Assembly: GCA_002715965.1 (NCBI GenBank)
Contig: PBAL01000059.1
Location: forward strand, 1-41,547
Reading direction: 5' to 3'
DNA from: Verrucomicrobiales bacterium
GTDB lineage: Bacteria > Verrucomicrobiota > Verrucomicrobiia > Limisphaerales > JAYPXF01
Length of the DNA: 41,547 bases
In this document: piece after piece, positions 25,214 through 31,527 of the stretch
Layout: the number at the start of each line of letters is the position of its first letter
How positions within the stretch are numbered: the stretch's first letter is position 1
The notes under the pieces: generated by a model
Told to the model about the DNA's origin: nothing
Database searches by the model: none
The model's input: only the letters and a program-made list of their open reading frames with translations
Translations under genes and position numbers: made by a program

Positions 25214-28042
25214 ATGAGAAATACTTACATATTTGCCGTCTGCCTATTTTCGGCAGGCTTTTTGGGCGCACAAACAGGCGGCGTTCCGCAATTTGACCCG
25301 GTAGCGGCAGCCGAGGAAGAAGCGCTGAGGCGCGCGGAGACCAGGATGATCATGGACCTCAACCTCACCAAGGCTGAGCATTTGAAAGACGCTAAGGATT
25401 ACTCCTCTGCCTCCGTATACTACGAGGAAGTACTCAGCTTGGCGCAAAAGCTCGGCAATCTGGCTGCTGTCCAAGAAGTTGTAGAGGAAGCACGCGAAGG
25501 ATTGGTTCACAGCCGCTTGCAGAAAGCGTGGGAGTTTCAGGACGAGAAGAAGTTTACCGAAGCCGATCAGGAGGCGTCAAAGGCACTTACCGTTGTCGGC
25601 GAAAACTCAAAACTCCTGAAATTCCGCAAGTTTAACGCGTCGATTGAAGCCGCACACCAAGGTCGAATCCCGAGCCAAGAGGTGGCGGACAGCCTTCAAA
25701 ACATCCAAGACAATAAAGTAAAAGTCTTGCAGCTGATCAGGGATGGACGGGCATACTATCAGCTCGGCCAATACGAAGAAGCGGAGGCAAAACTCAAGGA
25801 GGCCATAAATATCGACCCGCATAGCGACCTCGCCTACTACTACCTGAGACTCATCCTCGAAGCGGAGTACGACGAAGAATCCAGAAAACGGGAGCACAAA
25901 TTTCAAGAACGCGTCGTGGAGGTCTCAAAGGCTTGGAACAAGGAAACACGAACGGACCTTCCAACCCCCAACCCGTATTACCGTACAAATTCCCAAATAC
26001 CCTTCCTGACCCACACCAGTAAAGGGGCGCAGTATATTCGTCGCAAGCTGCATGAAATCACCATTCCAGAAGTCGCCTACGATTCACTGACCTTGGATGA
26101 AGTGGTTGCCGATCTGATCGACTCAGTCAAAAGGGAAGATCCCGAAGGCAAAGGTTTGAACTTCCTGATCAACTCACATGCTTCCGACGTCGTGTTGCAA
26201 GGTGGCGGCGGATTGGGCGGCGGCGCCGACCTTGGGCTTGATGGCGGACTGGATGGCGGCGGTGGCGGCGGTGGCGCAGCTGCCGTTCCTGTTCTCGATG
26301 CCATGGGCAACCCCATTGCCGGTGGTCCCGGGCTGGCGCCAGGTGCGGGCCCGCCAGCGGCAGACCTCGCCTCTGTGTTGATTGACATTCAATTGCCCCT
26401 CTTCGATCTCAAGCTGGAACACGTTCTTGACGTCATTGTCAAGACTGCGGATCAGCCGATCAAATACATCATTGAGGAATACGCCATCGTCTTCACACCA
26501 AAGCTCGCGGATCAGGCGCCGCTTTACACCCGAATCTTCAAGGTCAACCCGGACACATTTCGGCAAGGTCTGGAAGGTGTTGCCGGGCGCACACCCATTA
26601 TTGCCAGCGCTGGTGGTGCCGGTGGCGGCGGCGGTGGCGGTGGCGGTGGCGGTGGCGGCGGCGGTATCGGCGGCGGCGGTGGCGGCGGCCAAGGCGGTGG
26701 TCAGAGTGGATTCTCGCTCGCGGGCGTCAATGTCGCTGGAGGTATCGGCGGCGGCGGTGGTGGTGGTGGCGCGCAAGGCGGTGGCGGTGGCGGTGGCGGT
26801 GCGGCAGGAGGCCAGGGTGCCGGATTACGAGGTATCACCTCTCCGAACGACATGACTGTGGTCAATGACGAAGTGCGGGCCTACTTCAATGCTGCGGGTG
26901 TTCAAAACCTTGCGGTTGCTGCCGGTGCACAGGCAACTCAGGTGTTTTTCAATGACCGGAATGGTCTCTTGCTGGTCCGGGCCACGCTACAGGATCTGGA
27001 CATTATCCAGCAGGCAATCGAGTTATTGAATGTTACACCTCCTCAGGTCTTGGTTGAGTCCAAGTTCGCTGAGATTTCCCAGAACGACAACAAGGGATTT
27101 GGATTCGACTGGAACATCGGCAACTCGCTTCTGCTCGACCAGACGCTCGGTATTCAGGCTGGCACAGCGCCTTCATTCTTGGGGACTCCGACGGCTGCGA
27201 ATCCCAGCGGCATCTTCCCGTTTCCAGGCACTCCGATTTTTAGCCGCGGATCAGACGGCGATCTGACCTCCTCTGCAATTCGGCAATCCGCACCTTCCCT
27301 CGCCACTCTCACTGGAATTCTCACCGACCCCCAATTCCGCACGATCATCCGTGCGTTGGAACAACGCGACGGAACTGACGTTTTGACGGCACCTCGGGTT
27401 ATCACGATCAGCGGACGTCAGGCTCAGATCCAGGTGACGGATATTCCGACCATTGTGACTGACGTGCAGGTTGGGCAGCAGGGCGGTGGCGGTGGCGGTA
27501 TCGGCGGTGGCGCGGGTGCGGTCAGCGTTGCCCTGACCCCCACGCTCCAGCAGATCGCAACCGGACCCGTCCTTGACGTACTGCCAACTGTAAACTCGGA
27601 CGGATACTCAATCAACATGTCCTTGATCCCCTCAATCACCGAATTCGTAGGTTATGATGATCCGGGCCCCTTCGCGGTTGTTGCACAGTCGGTTGGTGGT
27701 GGCGTGGTCGGTTTGCCTCTGCAGGCCACACTACCGCTCCCCCGAAGTCGTGTGCGCCAAGTTGTGACCAGTTGCGTGGTCTGGGACGCCCAGACCGTCG
27801 TGTTGGGGGGGCTGATCTCCGAAACCGTTTCCAACACTCGGGACAAAATTCCCGTTCTCGGTGACCTTCCGCTCTTCGGCAAGCTCTTCCGGTCGGAGCA
27901 CAAGCAGACTCGAAAGTCCAATCTGGTGATTTTTGTTACGCCGACCATCATCGACCCTGCTGGCAATCGGGTTCACACCGATGAAGACATGCCCTTTGCC
28001 AAGGCGCCTCCTCCTCAACCTGCGCTCATTCGCCGTCGTTGA
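25214..28042 (+). CDS. Secretin (PilQ/GspD family outer-membrane channel), 942 aa, with an N-terminal TPR-like region and three long poly-Gly inserts.
   Basis: A signal peptide is present (MRNTYIFAVCLFSAGFLGAQ). TPR-like repeats occur at about aa 40-215 (e.g. AYYQLGQYEEAEAKLKEAINIDPHSDLAYYYL). The secretin domain is canonical: GTDVLTAPRVITISGRQAQIQVTD ... VVLGGLISETVSNTRDKIPVLGDLPLFGKLFRSEHKQTRKSNLVIFVTPTIIDP. Gly runs of up to about 50 residues are present. Confidence 0.85.
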   Translation: MRNTYIFAVCLFSAGFLGAQTGGVPQFDPVAAAEEEALRRAETRMIMDLNLTKAEHLKDAKDYSSASVYYEEVLSLAQKLGNLAAVQEVVEEAREGLVHSRLQKAWEFQDEKKFTEADQEASKALTVVGENSKLLKFRKFNASIEAAHQGRIPSQEVADSLQNIQDNKVKVLQLIRDGRAYYQLGQYEEAEAKLKEAINIDPHSDLAYYYLRLILEAEYDEESRKREHKFQERVVEVSKAWNKETRTDLPTPNPYYRTNSQIPFLTHTSKGAQYIRRKLHEITIPEVAYDSLTLDEVVADLIDSVKREDPEGKGLNFLINSHASDVVLQGGGGLGGGADLGLDGGLDGGGGGGGAAAVPVLDAMGNPIAGGPGLAPGAGPPAADLASVLIDIQLPLFDLKLEHVLDVIVKTADQPIKYIIEEYAIVFTPKLADQAPLYTRIFKVNPDTFRQGLEGVAGRTPIIASAGGAGGGGGGGGGGGGGGGIGGGGGGGQGGGQSGFSLAGVNVAGGIGGGGGGGGAQGGGGGGGGAAGGQGAGLRGITSPNDMTVVNDEVRAYFNAAGVQNLAVAAGAQATQVFFNDRNGLLLVRATLQDLDIIQQAIELLNVTPPQVLVESKFAEISQNDNKGFGFDWNIGNSLLLDQTLGIQAGTAPSFLGTPTAANPSGIFPFPGTPIFSRGSDGDLTSSAIRQSAPSLATLTGILTDPQFRTIIRALEQRDGTDVLTAPRVITISGRQAQIQVTDIPTIVTDVQVGQQGGGGGGIGGGAGAVSVALTPTLQQIATGPVLDVLPTVNSDGYSINMSLIPSITEFVGYDDPGPFAVVAQSVGGGVVGLPLQATLPLPRSRVRQVVTSCVVWDAQTVVLGGLISETVSNTRDKIPVLGDLPLFGKLFRSEHKQTRKSNLVIFVTPTIIDPAGNRVHTDEDMPFAKAPPPQPALIRRR
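26198..26282 (+). repeat. Gly-codon (GGC/GGT) simple-sequence tract inside the secretin gene.
   Basis: Read directly: ggtggcggcgg ... ggcggcggtggcggcggtggc encoding GGGGLGGGADLGLDGGLDGGGGGGG. Confidence 0.6.
26608..26812 (+). repeat. Interrupted (GGCGGT)n tandem hexamer arrays encoding poly-Gly inside the secretin gene.
   Basis: 26608-26700 reads ggtggcggcggcggtggcggtggcggtggcggtggcggc. 26741-26812 reads ggcggcggtggtggtggtggcgcgcaaggcggtggcggtggcggtggcggtgc. A non-repeat gap lies at 26701-26740. Confidence 0.7.
27491..27527 (+). repeat. (GGCGGT)n tract, the third poly-Gly insert of the secretin gene.
   Basis: Read directly: ggcggtggcggtggcggtatcggcggtggcgcgggtgcg. Confidence 0.6.
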
Positions 28043-28193
28043 TTCGAATAGCTTGGTTTGCAGGTGACTCTCAATTGCCCCGCAAAACCAGCAAAAGAGA
28101 CGATTTTCAGCCTCTACGTAGTAATCTGTATCGCACCTCACCCAAGAAACCGTAGACAACAAATTGGGCCTCTGATAACTCTTAGTTGACCAT

Positions 28194-30083
28194 ATGATCG
28201 TCCTGCGCAACCCCTTGTCATTGTTGGTCTTGCTCATCCTTGGGCTTGGCTTTTCGTGGCATTGTGAGGCGCAGAATACCTTCGCCAAACAGGCGGGGGA
28301 GTACTACATCTCCGGGCAGATGGGCGCCGATCAGGTATTGCCGGACGTGTCGATAAATGGGCAGGGCGGAATCATCGTGTGGCAGGATAATTCCGTTGAT
28401 GGCGCGGGCACTGGCATCTGCGCACAGCGTTTGAATGCAAATTTGTCAGGGGAGAACAATGCGTTCCAGGTAAACTCGATCGACGCCGGCAACCAAGGTA
28501 AGCCGCAGGTTCGAATGTTGCCTGATGGAGGTGCGGTTTTTGCGTGGGAAGGCGGAGAACCGGGCCAGCAGAACATTTATGTTCGCTATATGGATGCAGC
28601 GGGCACCTTTGCCGGGCCGGATATCCAAGTGAACCAATACAACACTGATTTTCAGATTCGGCCAAAGCTTGCGGTGGCGAGCGACGGCAAGGTCATGGTC
28701 GTCTGGTCCAGTTCAGGGCAGGATGGTCATTTTCGATCCGTGTTTGGTCGGGTGATCGCTGCCGACAAAAGTTTTGCTGGCAATGAATTCCAGATCAACG
28801 TCACCACACACCTCAACCAGCGCACGCCTGATGTTGCGGCTTTGGACGATGGCAGATTCGCCGTTGTCTGGATCACTGAGAAGTATCTTGGATTGAATAA
28901 CACCGGTGGCGGGCAATACGCCATCGATGTGCTTGGACGATTGCTGGATGATACTGGCGCCCCAGTGACTGGCGAGATCTCGATCGAGAATTCCCAGCAC
29001 TTGTGTGCCAACCCCTCGGTGAGTTCTTCTCAACGCGGATTCGTTGTCGTATGGGGGCAACGAAACGTTGCGAGCAGAGGGGGTGGTTGGGATGTCTACG
29101 GCGCTGGTTTCGACTTGTCGGGAACCCGGCTCGCGGATCCATCGCGACTTAACACTTATACCTTTGGTGATCAGTATGCCCCAAAGCTTGCCCGGTCCGG
29201 TGCAAACCTCCTCGCAGTTTGGTCGAGCATGGGGCAGGACTCTTCCTACGAGGGTGTGTTTGGTTCCGTGCTGACCGATAACGGTGCGGCGTTCGGTGAG
29301 GAGCTGGCGATCAATTCCGAAACTCGCAGCCGTCAGCAGCATCCGGATATTGAAGGAGATGACACGGGTAGGTTTCTTGTGACGTGGAGCGGCTATACGA
29401 TCGGCACGGGAGATCAAATGGATATCAAGGGGCAGAGGTTGGCCAATGCAGCTCCCTTGCCTGTACTGCCCGCTCCGTACTTGAGTGCTCTCAGCCAGAC
29501 CCGGATTTCCGTTTCATGGGCGCCACTTGCGGGCTTCACCGTTCAGCATTACGAGGTTTACGTCGATGATGCTGCCGTTCCCCTGACTACGACGGACAGC
29601 CATCTCTCTGTCACTGGCCTGGTTCCGGGCTCTTCTCATTCCATCAAATTAGGGTATCGCTTGAATGACGGCCGGCAGGGTGCGTTCTCGCTGCCTTCCA
29701 CGCTGTCGACCTGGGGAGAGGATTTGAACTTTGACGGATTGCCAGATGATTGGCAGGCCCGTTATTGGACCGGCAGCGCCTCGTCTTACCCTGCTGTTTT
29801 TCTGGATAGCGATGGAGACGGCGCATCTAACGTAGACGAATTTCTTGCCGGCACGGACCCGACGGATTCCGATAGTGTGCTGAAGTTATACATCTCCCGG
29901 AACGGGAATTCGCTGTGGCTCAACTGGAATTCCATGCCGGGCAACCTCTATCAGGTGCAGAGGTCCGCCGATATGCGCAATTGGCAGGATGTCGGAAACG
30001 CGCGCTTCGCCGTGGACGCCACGGACACATTGTTGATTGGAAACCAAGCTGCCGCAATTTACCGGATCATCCGAGTCAGGTGA
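28194..30083 (+). CDS. Secreted multidomain protein: seven-repeat beta-propeller-like region, FN3-like domain, DSDGDG calcium-binding-type motif, and the conserved ~65-aa C-terminal module.
   Basis: A signal peptide is present (MIVLRNPLSLLVLLILGLGFSWHCEA). Seven ~50-aa repeats each carry a G-hh-VVW-x(5-8)-G core: GGIIVWQDNSVDG, GAVFAWEGGEPG, KVMVVWSSSGQDG, RFAVVWITEKY, GFVVVWGQRNVASRGG, NLLAVWSSMGQD and RFLVTWSGYTIGTGD. An FN3-like segment (RISVSWAPLAGFTVQHYEVYVD...SHSIKLGYRLNDG) follows. Next comes DSDGDGASNVDEFLAGTDPTDSDS. The C-terminus is LWLNWNSMPGNLYQVQRSADMRNWQDVG...AAAIYRIIRVR. Confidence 0.6.
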   Translation: MIVLRNPLSLLVLLILGLGFSWHCEAQNTFAKQAGEYYISGQMGADQVLPDVSINGQGGIIVWQDNSVDGAGTGICAQRLNANLSGENNAFQVNSIDAGNQGKPQVRMLPDGGAVFAWEGGEPGQQNIYVRYMDAAGTFAGPDIQVNQYNTDFQIRPKLAVASDGKVMVVWSSSGQDGHFRSVFGRVIAADKSFAGNEFQINVTTHLNQRTPDVAALDDGRFAVVWITEKYLGLNNTGGGQYAIDVLGRLLDDTGAPVTGEISIENSQHLCANPSVSSSQRGFVVVWGQRNVASRGGGWDVYGAGFDLSGTRLADPSRLNTYTFGDQYAPKLARSGANLLAVWSSMGQDSSYEGVFGSVLTDNGAAFGEELAINSETRSRQQHPDIEGDDTGRFLVTWSGYTIGTGDQMDIKGQRLANAAPLPVLPAPYLSALSQTRISVSWAPLAGFTVQHYEVYVDDAAVPLTTTDSHLSVTGLVPGSSHSIKLGYRLNDGRQGAFSLPSTLSTWGEDLNFDGLPDDWQARYWTGSASSYPAVFLDSDGDGASNVDEFLAGTDPTDSDSVLKLYISRNGNSLWLNWNSMPGNLYQVQRSADMRNWQDVGNARFAVDATDTLLIGNQAAAIYRIIRVR

Positions 30084-30084
30084 T

Positions 30085-31527
30085 ATGAAGCGAATCCTCC
30101 AGACAATCTTGTTTGTGCTCCTGTTTGGCATCTTCACGCGGGATGCGAAGGCGTTTTCCTTGCTGGGTCCATTCGCAGCGTACCAATCCACCGACTTGGG
30201 ATACAACACCGGGGTGAACGGGGTGGATGTCGGTGGGCCGATGAACATAGGTGAGGAGTATCGAATCAACTATCGCGGACTCACCTACGCGTTCGATGCG
30301 ACCTTCCTCACCTATTTCGGCAATCAGGGGATTGCAGCGGTTACGGAAGCCATCACGATTTTGAATCAGATTCCCGGTGCGACTGTCATCGATCAGACTC
30401 TGGGGACGTTCCCTCTGCAATCGAAAGGACCAAAGAATTTTGCCGCTGAGACCCTGGGCGTGTTCGATATCAAGTCTCTCACGATGGGAATCCTGTTTGC
30501 GCAGATGGGAGTCGGTAACCCAGAGCGTTGGACATGGACTTTGCGCGATGAGGACACCACCACCGGGATTTACACCGTTATTCAGCGGAACTTCGACCCG
30601 GGCACCTGGCTGCCTTCGGCACTTGTCAACGGGTCCTTGTATACCTACCGCATCGAGGATCCGGTATTTCCCGTTCCCATCGTTGACTTTGCTGACGCCA
30701 TCGAAGTGTTGGCTGATCCGTTGGATTTCGACTTTACCTCGGTTGCGGGTGCGGAGAATCCGGATCCTCTGCGAGGGGGCAATCTGGCTGCAGGCGAATA
30801 CTATACCGGCATTACGCGTGACGATGCGGCTGCCCTCGCCTACATCTACAGCGAACGGAATTCAAACTTTGAAAACATAGTTGCCAATGCCCAGCTGGCG
30901 ACCAACGCGGGTGGACCTTGGCAACCGTTTGGTTTTACGAATGCCCTGTTCACCAACGAGCTGGTGGATCTGGCGCTTCGACCTGGCATCGGGAAGGTTG
31001 ATTTCGAAAGGGTGTCGTTTGATTCCCTGCTCGGAACATCGATTGACATTACGAACACCTTTACCGACACCTTCATTACCAATGGGATTGCCTCGAACCA
31101 AGTCGTAGAGAGGGCCATTACCCTGCCCGACATCGTTTTTGCCGCGTCAGATCTGGGAACTGTGGCCGGCGTCCCGGTCTTCTACGAGCGAACCAGCGGT
31201 AGCGGCGGAGGGGGGGGCGGTGCCGGCGGGGGGACTGGTGGATTTGTCAACAACTCTGCCCTGAACACCGCGGTGGGTGGCGGTGGCGGTGGCGGTGGCG
31301 GTGGCGGTGGCGGTGGTTTGGATGGACCAGGTCAAATTCAACCGACGGTGATCATTACATTCAGTCGATTGGGGCCGTACATCGTAAATACCACGCCAAA
31401 CTTCCTTACAGAAGCCACGGGGACACGTGGGCCCCGATGGGGGCATTTTGACACGGCAACCATCCACGCAATTTTTCCGGACGGGCAATCGATACGAGAT
31501 ATCGAGCAGGGCATTCACTTTCCATGA
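30085..31527 (+). CDS. Secreted hypothetical protein with a poly-Gly insert and no shared C-terminal module. The start is taken at the Met after the upstream stop; the ORF nominally opens at 30037.
   Basis: A signal peptide is present (MKRILQTILFVLLFGIFTRDAKA). The body is Gly/Thr/Asn-rich and includes SGSGGGGGGAGGGTGGF...GGGGGGGGGGGGGGLDGPG. The stop overlaps the next gene's ATG (ATGA at 31524-31527). Confidence 0.5.
   Translation: MKRILQTILFVLLFGIFTRDAKAFSLLGPFAAYQSTDLGYNTGVNGVDVGGPMNIGEEYRINYRGLTYAFDATFLTYFGNQGIAAVTEAITILNQIPGATVIDQTLGTFPLQSKGPKNFAAETLGVFDIKSLTMGILFAQMGVGNPERWTWTLRDEDTTTGIYTVIQRNFDPGTWLPSALVNGSLYTYRIEDPVFPVPIVDFADAIEVLADPLDFDFTSVAGAENPDPLRGGNLAAGEYYTGITRDDAAALAYIYSERNSNFENIVANAQLATNAGGPWQPFGFTNALFTNELVDLALRPGIGKVDFERVSFDSLLGTSIDITNTFTDTFITNGIASNQVVERAITLPDIVFAASDLGTVAGVPVFYERTSGSGGGGGGAGGGTGGFVNNSALNTAVGGGGGGGGGGGGGGLDGPGQIQPTVIITFSRLGPYIVNTTPNFLTEATGTRGPRWGHFDTATIHAIFPDGQSIRDIEQGIHFP
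31201..31320 (+). repeat. Poly-Gly-encoding simple repeats containing a G8 homopolymer (31210-31217) and a (GGCGGT)6 array (31281-31316). The array is the same hexamer as in the secretin gene.
   Basis: Read directly: ggagggggggggcggtgccggcgggggg ... ggtggcggtggcggtggcggtggcggtggcggtggtttgg. Confidence 0.65.

Noticed and set aside
26174-26776. 200-aa Ala/Thr-rich minus-strand ORF and 157-aa Ala/Val-rich + strand ORF over the poly-Gly region.
   Set aside because: They are alternative-frame and antisense readings of the (GGCGGT)n tracts. GCC/GCG codons read as Ala, with no independent support.
26198-27527. Regularly spaced short GC repeats that could be mistaken for a CRISPR array.
   Set aside because: The repeats are 6-nt Gly-codon units inside an intact secretin ORF. 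There is no 25-40-nt repeat/spacer periodicity, and no cas genes.
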